In this document: in pieces, positions 35,800-49,820 of the stretch
Layout of the letters: each line of letters opens with the position of its first letter
How positions within the stretch are numbered: the first letter of the stretch is position 1
Source: Mustelus asterias
Taxonomy: Eukaryota
NCBI RefSeq assembly: GCF_964213995.1
Contig: NC_135823.1
Location: 62,001 to 126,000 of the forward strand
Length of the DNA stretch: 64,000 nt
Direction: 5' to 3'
Translations under genes and position numbers: made by a program
Notes under the pieces: generated by a model
Databases searched by the model: none
Told to the model about the DNA's origin: nothing
Seen by the model: the letters and a program-made list of their open reading frames with translations, nothing else

Positions 35800-36180
35800 A
35801 ATGAACAAAGAACATTACAGCACAGGAAGAGGCCCTGCTACTCGCCAACCCTGCATACTGCCTATCGGACTAAAACCCCTACCCTTCTGGGGACCATCAT
35901 CCCTCCATTCCCATCCTATTCATGTATTTGTCCAGACGCCCCTTATAAGTCACTATCGTATTTGCTTTCACTACTTCCCCTGGCAGCGAGTTCCAGGCAC
36001 CCACCACCTTCTGTGTAAAAAAACTGCCTTGTACATCTCCTGTAAATCTTACTTCTCGCACCTTAAACCTACGCCCCTCATAATTGACTCTTCCACCTCG
36101 GGAAAAAGCTTTTGACTATCCACTCTGTCCATGCCCCGACTAATCTTGTAGACTTCTATCAGGTCGCCCCTCAACTTCTT
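35800..36180 (-). mobile_element. CR1 3' end
   Basis: Same tail motifs as other CR1 copies. Confidence 0.75.
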
Positions 36181-36644
36181 AGTAGTAATTAAAACCCTGG
36201 ACGCTATTTTGGAGGAAAGGAACCAACGTGCCTAAATGAGATCATTAGGGAATCAACACATTTCCTTGGGTTGTAACTTGCTTTCAGGAAGTGAAAGGGA
36301 TTCCTACATCACAGCAGTAACTTTAATTTAATGTGTTCTCAAAAAAATCTTGAACTGTCTACGACCTGAACTGAGGCATGAATCCACAAACATTCTGACT
36401 CAACAGAAAAATACTTCAAGTCAAACTGAATCACTCACGAATTAATTACATTTAATATGCGGCTAATAAATAAGTTACTTTCAATTAACAAGTCTAATGT
36501 AAATCGATTTTCCAGTCTTGGTCACTCTTGGGGTAAAGAGCAATCGTGTCAATGTTGCCTCTTTGTAGACATATTATAGTGAGCTAGCGGTCGGGGTCAA
36601 TATTTTCTACAATTAAGGAACTCGCTGATATTGGTTAATTGGGA

Positions 36645-36995
36645 TTTGGTTTGATCTGATTTGATTTATGATTGTCACTTGTTTGAGTATGAAGTGAAAA
36701 GCATTATTTTTTGCATGCTATACAGACAAAGCTTACCGTACATAGGGAAGGAAAGGAGAGATTGCAGAATGTAATGTTACAGTCATAACTAGGGTGTAGA
36801 GACAGATCAACTTAATGTGCGGTAGGTCCATACAAAATTCTGATGGCAGCAGGGATGAAGCGGTTTTTGTGTCAGTTGGGACCTGTCTTCAGACTTCTGT
36901 ATCTTCTTCCCAATGGAAGAAGGTGGAAGAGATTATATCCGGGGTAAGTGGGGTCCCTGATTATGCTGGCTACTTTTCCGAGTCAGCGGGAAGTG
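36645..36995 (-). mobile_element. Rex1/Babar 3' end
   Basis: Same motifs as other copies. Confidence 0.75.
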
Positions 36996-37559
36996 TCCTG
37001 ATCATGTTTGGAGACTAGGGAGCAATTTAGTATCGCCATGAACGATGATGTTATTGAATGGTGGTGCAGGCTTGAACGGCCGAATGGCCTCCTCCTGCTT
37101 TGTGCTCGTGAAAGTAATACTGTGATGGACAGTGTTGATTGGTAAAAGATGAAACTTAAATGAATGTGGGCAATTTCAAATCATTTTTTTCTTCATTGGA
37201 TGTGGGCATCGTTGACAGGACCAGCATTTATTGCTCACCCCTAATCACTCTTCAATTACTCGGCTATTTAAGAGTCTATCACATTGCTGTGGGTCCGGAG
37301 TCACATGTAGGCCAGACCATGTAAGGAAGGCAGACTCCCTTCCCTAAAGGCCATTAATGAATGAGATGGGTTTTTACAACAGTTTCATAGTCATCATTAG
37401 GCTTTTAATATCAGATTTTTTATTGAATTCAAATTTCACCAGTTGCCATGGTGGGATTCGAACCCGGGTCCCCAGAGCATTTAGATTTATTTCATTCAAT
37501 TTCATTTAATCTCATGCAACCATTTTATTGTCATTCTTTTTCACTTCTATTTTTCCACT

Positions 37560-37932
37560 TCTCCATTCCAGCTCTCCTTGTCGCCACACCCTCCCGCCCT
37601 TCAGTGCAGCTGCCACATTCCTCAGGCAGCCCTTTAACATTTTGTACCTCTTCTGCCATTCTTCCATTCTGATCACTTAATGGACACACTTAGCACATTA
37701 TCAGCCTTCTCTCTCCTCATGTAAATTGCCATTGTCCAATTCCACACCCCCTCCTGCCTACCCCAAGCGTATAAACCTTTGCTGATTCTTTTTGCTCTTA
37801 GCTCTGACGAAGGGTCATCGAGACTCAAAACGTTGGCTCTATTCTCTCTCCACAGATGCTCAGACCAGCTGAGACTTTGCAGCATTTTCTGTTTTTATCT
37901 CAGATTCCAGCATCCGCAGTATTTTGCTTTTA
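37560..37932 (+). mobile_element. Second Penelope-derived terminal-repeat family with degenerate hammerhead motif (~37800-37840)
   Basis: CTGACGA-A-GGGTC-ATCGA-GACTC-AAAA-CGTT; related copies at ~20105-20320 (minus) and 38470-38750. Confidence 0.55.
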
Positions 37933-38114
37933 CCCCAGAACATTCCCCTGAGTATCTGGTTTACGAGCCCAGTGACAATATCAATATGCCTCCCATCGGA
38001 ATGGGTACTGGGGATGAACTTATTTTGACACGGTGTTAAATGCAATGAGACTGTTAATTATGAAATTTGTGAAAGGGGTTCGATGATCGTATTTCCTTTC
38101 ATTAGATGAGATTA

Positions 38115-38395
38115 TTATTAGTGCCACGAGTAGGCTTACATTGCAATGACGTAACTGTGAAAATCCCCTAGTCGCCACACTCCGGTGCCTATTCGGGTAC
38201 ACTGAGGGAGAATTTAGCATGGCCAATGCACCTAAAAGCACGTCTTTCAGACTGTGGGAGGAAACTGGAGCACCCGGAGGAAACCTATGTGGACATAGGG
38301 AGACTTGACACAGACAGTGATCTAAGCCTCGAGTCGAACCCGGGTCTCTGGCACTGTGAGTCAGCAGTGCTAACCACTGTGCCATCATACTGCCC
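38115..38395 (-). mobile_element. SINE (tail B)
   Basis: Head and central domain. Confidence 0.75.
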
Positions 38396-39561
38396 GTCAC
38401 GGACTACGTTGGAACAATCGCTCTTAGGTCACTTCTGCCTCAAAAACACACAATTCTCGAACTAGGAATGAAAGGAAATCACTGCGGATGCTGGAATGTG
38501 AAGCCAAAGGAGAACAGTCTGGAAAATCTCAGTAGTTCTGGCAGTATGTGTAAGGAGAGAAAAGAGCCGACATTTCGAGTCCAGATGACCCTCTGTCAAA
38601 GCCAAGCGGCATGTCTTTTAACTTCGACAAAGCCTTCTCTGCTTTTTAGCTTTGACAATGTGTTATCTGGACCAGAAACGTGAGCTCTTTTCTCTCCTTA
38701 CAGATAATGCCAGACCAGCTGAGGTTTTCCAGCATTTTCTCTTTTGGATTCTCAAACTATGGATCAAACACCTATGGCTTAAAGTTCAAATGTTAAAAAT
38801 CAAAACACATTTTGTAACAGGTATTTTGAGTAGGAGCTATTCACTCTTTTATGAAACAAGAAACTAGTTAGTATTTTAAAGACATGCACATTAGAGGAAC
38901 ATTTATTCTAATGCCCCAGTTAGACATCCCGTGAGGATCAGCCGCTTTAGTGAAACAAAGCCCTAATTAGGATGTAGTTTAGAACACGGTTTTCCGTGAT
39001 ACTTACTGCAAAGGGTCAACATGCACCACCCTAACAGAACAAAAACACTTAGAAGCAGCCGTTGAATCAAATCATTCATTTTCGGGAGACTCTCATTAGA
39101 CAGTTGATATAATGAGAAAATTGAAGCAGTAAATTCAATGCTTCAGCTCCTCTGCAAGAGCCTGTAGCAATTATTCCACCAGGGAATGTTCAAAAGAATG
39201 GGGAGGAACAGGGCTGGGAGACCAGAGCGAGATACAGACATCTTAATGTGAAGACCCTAGGAGAACGAATTAATGCCACAACAGGTTCGGAAGTGAACAG
39301 AGAGGGTGCTCCTTCCAGAGTGATTGAAATTCTCTGCAAAATGCTATCACCTTTAAAGTCAAAGAAAAGAGTCATTCGCTTTTGCAGCAGAGAGTGGGGC
39401 TTGGCAGCAGACAGAGCGAGGGAGAGAGACGTTGGCTGTGGCCACGCTTGTTTTGGTATGACCTTAAGAAAGACGCCTTCCTCACTGCCCTTTCAGGGAG
39501 TGTGCAAAGTACATCTGCAGCAGAAATCGCTGATCGAGATTTTGACCACGTTACGCTTTGA

Positions 39562-41385
39562 AACATAGAAACCCTACAGTACAGAAAGAGGCCATTCGGC
39601 CCATCGAGTCTGCACCGACCACAATCCCACCCAGGCCCTACCCCCATATCCCTACATATATACCCACTAATCCCTCTAACCTACTCATCTCAGGACACCA
39701 AGGGCAATTTTTAGGATGACCAATCAACCTAACCCGCACATCTTTGGACTTGGGAGGAAACCAGAGCAAACGCAGACACGAGGAGAATGTCCAAACTCCA
39801 CACAGATAGTGACCCAAGCCGGGAATCGAACCCATGTCCCTGGAGCTGTGAAGCAGCAGTGCTGACCACTGTGCTACCGTGCCGTACCGCTTGAGATAGA
39901 AAATTGCCTGAGACGGCAGCTCACTGTGGTTTTTCGTTTTTTACAGTTGAGGCGCTACACCTACCCAACAGCCTCCAGAGATCAGAAGCTGAAACACAAT
40001 GTTAAACCGCAGAGAGAAGACGGTTGTGCATTCAAGATAGATTAAGCTGATCAGAGAACCTGTTTGTTTACAATTAAGCCATATTCCAGGAACCTATTCC
40101 AAAGACAATTAGTCACTATTTGCAAGCATTCCGAGGATTGGGTACAATTCGCAGAAACCCCCTCTGATTCACAACATACGCACGCAAGTCACAAATAATT
40201 CGTAGTATATTTTCACTTCTCTTTATGAGGCAGCTTGCATCAGGAATCATGTGCAACCTCTTTACAGAATGAATTAGATTGGACACAATTACATTACGGC
40301 ATGCTGGCACAGTGGTTAGCAGTGCTGCCTCACCGCGTCTGGGACCTGGCTTCGATTCCCGCCTTGGGTGACTGCGTGGAGTTTGACGTTGTCCTCATGT
40401 CTGCGCAGGTTTCCTCTGGGTGCTCCGGTTTCCTACCACAGTCTGAAAGTGTGCAGGTTTGGTGGATTGGTCATGCTAAATTGCTCCTTAGTGTCCAACT
40501 ATCTAGAGGTCAGGTGGAGCAGCCATGCAGAATTGTCCCTTAGTGTTCAAAGATGTGCAGTTTAGGTGGATTGGCCATTCTAAATTGCACCTTTGTTTTC
40601 AAAGAAGTGCAGGTTAGCTGGATTGGCCATGCTAAATTGCCCCTGAGTGCCCAACGATGTCTGGGTTAGGCGGATTATCCGTGGTAAATCTGCGCAGTTA
40701 TGGGGATAAGGTGGGGTGACGTGACCTGAGTAAATTGGTGCTTCTTTCTGCACTGTAGGAAGTCTATGATTATATTCTCAATTCCTTTCGTTTCGCATTG
40801 TAACACAAAGGGTTCTACCCCCAGACGACAGGGACAGATTAACAGGAACACCAAAATGATAACGTGCCCCTCGAAAATGCGGAGCATTCTGATTTGGAAC
40901 TATATCACCAACTATTCCGTCACTGCCCCGGTTACAAATCTGGTGACTCCTTCCCTAAAATGAACTGTGAGCAAACACAGGGATTAAAGAGGGTGGGTCA
41001 TCATAGAATCATCAAACCCTACAGTGCAGAAGGATGCCGTTCCGTCCATCGAGTCTGCACCGACCACAGTTCCACGCAGGCACTATCCCCATAACCCCAT
41101 GCATTTACCCTAGTTGGTCCCCCTGACCAACTATCCCCATAACCCGATACATTTACCCTAGTTGGTCCCCCTGACACTAAGGGGCAATTTAGCATGGCCA
41201 ATCCAACTAACCGGCATATCTTTGGACATAAAGGGGCAATTTAGCATGACCAATCCACGTAACCCGCACATCCATGGACACTAAGGGACAATCTAGCCTG
41301 GTCAATCTACCTAATCTGCACATCTTTGGACACTAAGGGGCAATTTGGCATGGCCACTGCAGCTAACCTGCACATCTTTGGACAT
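39562..41385. mobile_element. SINE cluster (39562-39890 minus, 40300-40770 plus, 41000-41385 minus), two with 52-bp arrays
   Basis: Shared head, central and tail motifs. Confidence 0.8.
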
Positions 41386-41814
41386 CATCACCTTGGAAAG
41401 AAAAATACACTCTGCCCTTGCCAAGGAAGTTCACATCCCGCGAATGAATTGAAATTTAGCTGAAATAGAAAACATATCACCACACAATTACACACAGCGT
41501 GAAGACACGCTGCCAGTTCACCGCTGTGACGCACGGTCGATGACCACACGGTTTCAAATGAATTGGAATTCACCAGCACACCGCACCAAACGTGTGTCAT
41601 ACTTTCCATTGCATAGCTCGTCATAATTTCCACTGTATCTGAAAGGGACGAAACTCTCTGGGTCTGAGCTGAGGTCAACCTGCGGCCATTAACCCTACAG
41701 AAACCAACTGGTCACATAACATGTAGAAATAGCGCGTAAAGGTATCCAAAGAATGCTTATCTGGAAGACTTATTTTCTTGCTGTTGCGTGTTTATAATGA
41801 GTGAAAGAAGGTAA

Positions 41815-44345
41815 GAACTAGAACATAGAACATAGAACAGTACAGCACAGAACAGGCCCTTCGGCCCACGATGTGGTGCCGAGCTTTATCTGAAACCAAG
41901 ATCAAGCAATCCCACTCCCTATCATCCTGGTGTACTCCATGTGCCTATCCAATAACCGCTTAAATGTTCCTAAAGTGTCTGACTCCACTATCACTGCAGG
42001 CAGTCCATTCCACACCCCAACCACTCTCTGCGTAAAGAACCTACCTCTGATATCCTTCCTTTTTTCCCACCATGAACCCTATAGTTATGCCCCCTTGTAA
42101 TAGCTCCATCCACCCGAGGAAATAGTCTTTGAATGTTCACTCTATCTATCACCTTCATCATTTTATAAACCTCTATCAAGTCTCCCCTCAGCCTCCTCCG
42201 CTCCAGAGAGAACAGCCCTAGCTCCCTCAACCTTTCCTCATAAGACCTACCCTCCAAACCAGGCAGCATCCTGGTAAATCTCCTCTGCACACTTTCAAGA
42301 GCATCCACATCCTTCTACTCGTGCGGTGACCAGAACTGCACACAATATTCCAAATGTGGTCTCACCAATGTCCTGTACAGTTGCAGCATAATCCCACGGC
42401 TCTTAAACTCCAACTCCCTGTTAATAAAAGCTAACACACTACAGGCCTTCTTCACAGCTCTCTCCACTTGAGTGGCAACCTTTAGAGATCTGTGGATATG
42501 GACCCCAAGATCGCTCTGTTCCTCCACAGTCTTCAGAACTCTACCTTTAAACCTGTAATCCACATTTAAATTAGTCCTACCAAAATGAATCACCTCACAC
42601 TTATCAGGGTTAAACTCCATTTGCCATTTTTCAGCCCAGCTTTGCATCCTATCTGTGTTTTTTTGAGGCCTACAACAGCCCTCCACCCCATCCACTACTC
42701 CACCAATCTTGGTGTCATCAGCAAATTTACTGATCCACCCTTCAGCCCCCTCCTCTAAGTCATTAATAAAAATCACAAAGAGCAGAGGACCAAGCACTGA
42801 TCCCTGTGCCACTCTGCTAGCAACCTGCCTCCAGTCCGAAAATTTTCCATCCACCACCACCCTCTGTCTTCGATCAGATAGCCAATTACCTATCCAATCT
42901 GCCAACTTTCCCTCTATGCCACACCTCCTTACTTTCATCATAGGCCGACCATGGGGGACATTATCAAACGCCTTACTAAAATGCATGTATATGGCATCAA
43001 CTGCCCTACCTTCATCAACACACTTAGTTACCTCCTCAAAAAACTCAATCAAATTTGTGAGGCACGACTTACCCTTCACGAATCAGTGCTGACTATCGCG
43101 GATTAATCTGCATCTTTCTAAATGTTCGTAAATCCCATCTCTAAGGACCTTTTCCATCAATTTACCAACCAACGAAGTAAGACTAACCGGTCTACAATTA
43201 CCAGTGTCATTTCTATTCCCTTTCTTAAACAGAGGAACAACATTCGCCACTCTCCAGTCGTCTGGCACCATCCCCGTGGAAAGTGACGCCCCAAAGATCA
43301 AAGCCCAAGTCTCTGCAATCTCATCCCTTGCCTCCTAAAGAATGCTAGGATATATTTCATCAAGCCCAGGGGACTTATGGACCTTCAGTTTATTCAAAAC
43401 TGCCAGTACATCCTCCCTCCGAACAACTATTTCCTCCAGCCTATTAGCCTGTAACACCTTCTCTTCCTCAAAAACATGGCCCCTTTCCTTGGTGAATACT
43501 GAAGAAAAGTATTCATTCATCACCTCGCCTATCTCCACTGACTCCATACACAAGTTCCCACTACTGTCCTTGACCGGCCCTAACCTCAGCCTGGTCATTC
43601 TTTTATTCCTCACATAAGAGTATAAAGCCTTGGTGTTTTCCTTGATCCGACCCGTCAAGGACTTCTCATGTCCCCTCCTAGCTCTCCTAAGCCCCTTTTT
43701 CAGCTCATTCCTTGCTACCTTGTAACCCTCAATCGAGCCATCTGAACGTTGTTTCCTCATCCTTACATTAGCTTCCCTCTTCCTTTTCACAAAACATTCC
43801 ACCTCTTTCGTGAACCATGGTTCCCTCACTCGGCCATTTCCTCCTTGCCTGACAGGGACATACCTATCAAGGACACCCAGTATTTGTTCCTTGAAAAAGT
43901 TCCACTTTTCATTAGTGCCTTTCCCTGACAGTTTCTGTTCCCATCTTATGCCCCCTAATTCTTGCCTAATCGCATCATAATTACCTCTCCCCCAATTGTA
44001 AACCTTGCCCTGCCGTACGGCCCTATCCCTCTCCATTGCAATAACAAAAGACACCGAATTGTGGTCACTATCTCCAAAGTGCTCTCCCACAACCAAATCT
44101 AACACTTGGCCCGATTCATTTCCCAGTACCAAATTCAATGTGGCCTCACCTCTTGTCGGCCTATCCACATATTGTGTCAGGAAACCCTCCTGCACACACT
44201 GCACAAAAACTGCCCCATTCGAACTATTTCACCGACAAAGGTTCCAATCAATTTTTGGAAAGTTAAAGTCCCCCATGACAACTACCCTGTGATCCCCACA
44301 CATATCCATAATCTGCTTAGCAATTTATTCCTCCACATCTCTATA
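41815..44345 (-). mobile_element. Young CR1 LINE ORF2 (endonuclease C-terminal part and RT), few stops
   Basis: PTRGEATLNLVL..GDSDHN, KSPGLD, RPVSLTS, FSKAFD, QGSVLGP, KFADDTK; (TTCTATG)n tail. Confidence 0.92.
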
Positions 44346-44669
44346 TCTAGACTTATATCTATAAGTATCTATATCTATAATTTATTCCTCCACGTCTCCA
44401 CACTATACATTGCAATCATCTAGCATCAGCGTTCACACAGTAGAAACTGTGACCCCCATATTCAGGTGAAGGGAATTACCCTGTTCATGCGAGTTTGCTT
44501 TATTTTCCTCACAGAAATGTTCATTAAAAGTTCACTAATGCCCTTCAGGGAAGGTTATTTGCCGTCCTTACCTGGTTTGCCCGACATGTGACTCCGGAGC
44601 CGCTGCAATATTTTTGACTCTCAGCTGCCCTCGGGCAACTAGGGATGGGCAATAACATTTTTTCAGTTA

Positions 44670-44960
44670 AAGTTTATTTATTTGTGTCACAAGTGGGCTT
44701 ACATTAACACTGCAACGATGTTACTGCGAAAATCACCTCGTCACCACACTCTGGCGCCTGTTTGCGTCCAATGAGGGAAACGTTAGCAAGGTCAATGCAC
44801 CTAACTAGCACGTCATTCCGACTGTGGGAGGATACCGGAGCACCAAGAGGAAATCCATGCAGTCACGGGGAGAACGTGCAGACTCCGCACAGATGGTGAC
44901 CAAAGTCAGGAATCACAGGCGGGTCCCTGTGAGGCAGCGACGCGAAACAGTGTGCCACAC
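44670..44960 (-). mobile_element. SINE (tail B), diverged
   Basis: Head and central domain. Confidence 0.7.
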
Positions 44961-45293
44961 TGCTTTCTAAAGTTCTGGGAGACCCGGGTTCGAATCCCGC
45001 CTCGGCAGATGGTGGAATTTGAGTCCAACCAAAAAATATTTGGAATGAAGATTAACCATCATCGATTGTCGGAAAACCCCATCTGGTTAACTAATATCCT
45101 TTAGGGAAAGAAATCTGCCGCCCTGACCATCGTCTGCCCTATACGTGACTCCAGAGTCACAGCAATATGGTAGTCTTTCGACTGCCCTCTAAGGGCAACG
45201 AGGGATTGGCAATCGATGCCCATGTCCCACGAATGAATAAAAAGATTGATAGAGGGATCGATCTCCCTGTCTATCAATCTACCAATCTGTCTG

Positions 45294-45593
45294 NNNNNNN
45301 NNNNNNNNNNNNNNNNNNNNNNNNNNNNNNNNNNNNNNNNNNNNNNNNNNNNNNNNNNNNNNNNNNNNNNNNNNNNNNNNNNNNNNNNNNNNNNNNNNNN
45401 NNNNNNNNNNNNNNNNNNNNNNNNNNNNNNNNNNNNNNNNNNNNNNNNNNNNNNNNNNNNNNNNNNNNNNNNNNNNNNNNNNNNNNNNNNNNNNNNNNNN
45501 NNNNNNNNNNNNNNNNNNNNNNNNNNNNNNNNNNNNNNNNNNNNNNNNNNNNNNNNNNNNNNNNNNNNNNNNNNNNNNNNNNNNNNNNNNNNN
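45294..45593. other. Assembly gap
   Basis: N run. Confidence 1.
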
Positions 45594-45794
45594 TTGCAGG
45601 GTAATCGAGAAGGAGGTGGCAGATTTAAATCTGAGATGGGGGAAATTTTACTTCTGCCAAAGAATGGAGAGTTTGTGGAACTCACTAACATAGAGTGCGG
45701 TTAATGCCGGGACCTTGAGTAAATTATGGAATAGGTAGACGATACATTAATTAGGAACGGTTTGAAGGGCTATGATGAACAGGCAGGACAAAGA

Positions 45795-47055
45795 GAACAA
45801 AGAACATAGAACAGAACAGTACAGGAAACAGGCCCTTCGACCCCCGAAGCCTGTGCCGCTCATTGGCCCAACTAGACCATTCGTTTGTATCCCTCCATTC
45901 GCAGACTGCTCATGTGACTATCCAGGTAAGTCTTAAACGATGCCAGCGTGTCTGCCTCCACCACTCTACTTGACAGCGCATTCCAGGCCCCCACCACTCT
46001 CTGTGTAAAAAACGTCCCTCTGATATCTGAATTATACCTCGCCCCTCTCACCTTGAGCCCGTGACCCCTCGTGATCGTCACTTCCGACCTGGGAAAAAGC
46101 TTCCCACTGTTCACCCTATCTATACCCTTTATAATTTTGTACACCTCTATTAGGTCTCCCCTCATTCTCCGTCTTTCCATGGAGAACAAGCCCAGTTTAC
46201 CCAATCACTCCTCATAGCTAAGACCCTCCCTATCAGGCAACATCCTGGTAAACCTTCTCTGCACTCTCTCTAAAGCCTCCACATGCTTCTGGTAGTGCGG
46301 CGACCAGAACTGGACGCAGTACTCCAAGTGTGGCCGAACCAGCGTTCTATACAGCTGCAACATCAGACTCCAGCTTTGATACTCTATACCCCATCCTATA
46401 AAGGCAAGCATACCATATGCCTTCTTCACCACCTTCTCCACCTGTGCTGCCATCTTCAAGGATTTGTGGACTTGCACACCAAGGTCCCTCTGTGTTTCTA
46501 TACTTTTGATGGCTCTGCCATTTATTGTGTAACTCCCCCCTACATTAGTTCTTCCAACATGCGTCACTTCGCATTTATCTGGATTAAATTACATCTGCCA
46601 TTTCTCCGCCCAATTTTCCAGCCTATCTATATCCTGCTGGATTGTCCGACAATGTTCATCGTTATCCGCAAGTCCAGCCATCTTCGTGTCATCCGCCAAC
46701 TTGCTGATAACACCAGTTACACCTTCTTCCAAATCATTGATATACATCACAAATAGCAGAGGTCCCAGTACAGAGTCCTGTGGAACACCACTGATCATAG
46801 ACCTCCAGCCGGAAAAAGACCCTTTGACTGCTACCCTCTGTCTCCTGTGGCCAAGCCAGTTCTCTTCCCATCTAGCCACCTCTCCTTGTATCCCATGAGC
46901 CTTAACCTTCTTAACCAACCTGCCATGAGGGACTTTTTCAAATGCCTTACTGAAATCCATATAGACAAAGTCCACGGCCCTCCCTTCCTCAACCGTTTTT
47001 GTCACTTCCTCAAAAAACTCCACCACATGTGAAGGCACGACCTCCCTCTTACAAA
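45795..47055 (-). mobile_element. CR1 LINE RT 3' half
   Basis: DFSKAFEKV, GVPQDSVLGP, KLADDTK. Confidence 0.9.
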
Positions 47056-47749
47056 ACAGGACAGTAAAGCTGAGGATCAGATCAGATCAGCTATGATGGT
47101 AATAAATGGTAGACCAGTCTAGAGAGGCCAATTTGCCTTTTCCTGCTCTCAGTTCTTGTTATTCTTGTGTGAGAGAGAGAAAGGGTGACTGAGAGGGAGA
47201 GCGATGGGGGAGCGGGGGTGGGGGTGGGGGGGTGCTGTTGGGAGGGACACAGCCAAATAGGTGGCAATAAGTTATTCAGCCTCTCAGAAATACGCTGTCT
47301 CTTTGAACGAGCTCTGCAATTGGATCCAAAGTTTTCCAATAGCATTACCAAATTCTTCCCGTCAAGTCACAATCTGACTTCCGTTTTGCAAGCGACTGTT
47401 GAATATGCTTCCAACCCCCTTTTCAGGCAATGGATTTTGAATGGAGTCAATGGGCAGCCTTGCGACGACAAGTGGCAAAGTATCAATGGTGCTACACATG
47501 GGCCAGGCAATGACTATATCCAACATGAGAGAATCGGACATTTCATCTTGACATTAAATTGAAATGCCATCGCCAAATCCCCTAGTATCAAATTCCTGGG
47601 CGTTAACATTGTCCAGAAGCTTAATTGGACTGGCCATATAAGTGTATTGATTGAAAGGGAATATCAGAGGCTACGAATCTTGTAGCGAAAAGCTCGGGTC
47701 CTGACTCCAAAATACTTTTTGCTACCCAGAAAGCACGAATCACGACAGA

Positions 47750-48030
47750 GGTTTTAGCACTACTGTTTCACCGGGCCTTGGACCCGGGTTCGATTCCAGG
47801 CTTGCGCCACTGTCTGTGCAGTGTCTGCACATTCTCCCCGTGTCTGCGGGGGATTCCTCTTCGTGCTCCGGTTTCCTCCCACAGTCCGAAAGACATGCTG
47901 ATTAGGCGCATTGGCCATGCTAAATTCTCGCTCAGTGTACCAGAACAGGCGCCAGAGTGCAGCGACCAGGAGATTTTCACAGTGACGTCATTGCAGTGTT
48001 CATGGAAGCCGACTTGTGACACGAATAAAT
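47750..48030 (+). mobile_element. SINE (tail B) inserted in a degraded CR1-like fragment (~47470-48700)
   Basis: Flanks resemble 56680-57420. Confidence 0.7.
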
Positions 48031-49187
48031 GAACTTTCACTAAAGTCAGAAGTGTGATGGGATACTTTCCAAATTGCCTGCATTAGTGTAACCCCAAAAG
48101 CATTCATGAAATTTGGCGCCATCCAATGCAATGCGGCCCAGTTGGTTGGCTCCATTTCCACAAATATTCACTCCTCCCACCATCGAGGAACTGTGCCAGC
48201 AGTGTGCACCATCTACAAGATGAATTGCATAAGTTCACTAAGGCTCCTTATACAGGACTGATACCTTCTTGAAGGGACCTGGACACGAGATAAATGGAGC
48301 ACCAGTTCCTGAATGTTTCCCTGACTTGGAAATATACCATCTGTTCTTCACTATTGCTCAGTCAAAATCCTGAGAGGGAGAGAGATGGGGGGAGGGGGGG
48401 GGGAAGTCGGGGGGAGAGTGCTGTTGGGGGATGGGGGGTCACAGCCAAATACGTGGAAATAAGTTATTCAGCCTCTCATATATACGCTGTCTCTTTGAAC
48501 GAGCTCTGCAATTGGATCCAAAGTTTTCCAATAACATTTCCAAATTCCCTTCCGAACAGCATTATGGGTGTAACAACACCAATTGGGGTGTACCGGTTGA
48601 AGAAGGCATCTCACTATCACATTCTCAAGGTATTTTAGGGATGGGCAATTAGCTCTGGCCTGGCCAGCGACGCCTACATCCGGTAAATTAATTTTAATAA
48701 TCCAATCCTCTTTTCCAATTGATGCCAGTACCTTTGCACCATTCTCTTCTCAGCTGGCACCGTGCTGAGGAATGCAGTAAAGCTTGGGACAGCCGCTACA
48801 GAGGCACAATGGGGGAAGGTCGAAGGCTAAGACAATTCTGCCATTGTCCACCTTGGGGTGGGTAATTTTCTGGAGCACCTCCCTCATAATGAAAATACAT
48901 GGTGAATATTAGATAGATCATAATTGTATTCAAGCATCTCTAACTGCCACTTGATCAATGTGGGCAACCCAAGTGCTGTTGCACTTTTGCTACTGGCCGA
49001 TTTGACATTTCTCTTGTGTTCCTTTGACTGCATTGAAGCACATCAGAGGCAACATGATCTATGAAGAAAAGTTAAACATCATTAAAATGAAGATAATTCC
49101 AGTTACAGACAAATATCACTTTATTAGTATGTAAATGTATGTCTCAGGTATAAGTGAACAATTAAATTAATCAGCTTGGGGAGAATA

Positions 49188-49820
49188 AGTGTGCGTGTGT
49201 TTGTGTGACAGTGTGTGTGTGACTGTGGGTGTATGAGTGAATGAGTGAGAGTGTGTTTGTGTGTGTCTGTAAGTGTGTGTGCATGCTTGTGAATGTATGT
49301 GAATGAGTATGTGAGCGTGTGTGTGAGTGTGTGTGTGCATGTGTGTGTATGCATGTTTTTGAGTTTGTGAGTGTGTGTGTGAATGAGTGTGTGCTTGTGT
49401 GAGTGTGTGTCAGTGTATGTGTGCGTGAGTGCGTGTGTGCGTTTGTGTATGTGTGTGAGAGTGTATGTGTGGGAGTGTGAGTACATGTGCGAGTTTGTGC
49501 GCATGTGTGTGAGAGTATATGTGGGAGTGTGAGTGTTGTGTGTATGCGTGTATTTATGTGTGTGAGTTTTTGAGTGTGTGTGTTCTTGTATGCGTGTGTG
49601 AATACGTGTGTGTTTGTGTGAATGTGTGTGTGTATGTCAGTGCGTGTGCACGTGTTTTTGTGTTTGCAATGTGTGTGTGAGTATTTGTCTGCGTGTGTGT
49701 ATGTGAGTGTGAGTTTAAGTGCTTGTATGAGTGTGTATCTGTGAATGTGTGAGTGTGTGTGAGAGAGTGTGAATGTGCGATTGGATACGTCTGTCTGTGC
49801 ATTTTTATGAATGTTTGCGA
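49188..49820. repeat. (TG)n-rich tract
   Basis: Direct inspection. Confidence 0.95.

Noticed and set aside
38813-39555. Third possible solo LTR (TGTAAC...GTTACG)
   Set aside because: Termini and TSD are too degenerate to support.
47250-48540. TPR-like peptide CLFERALQLDPKFS present twice (47185-47562 and 48431-48652)
   Set aside because: No splice sites. The reverse strand resembles a degenerate CR1/SINE tail, and the two copies are a local ~170-bp duplication.
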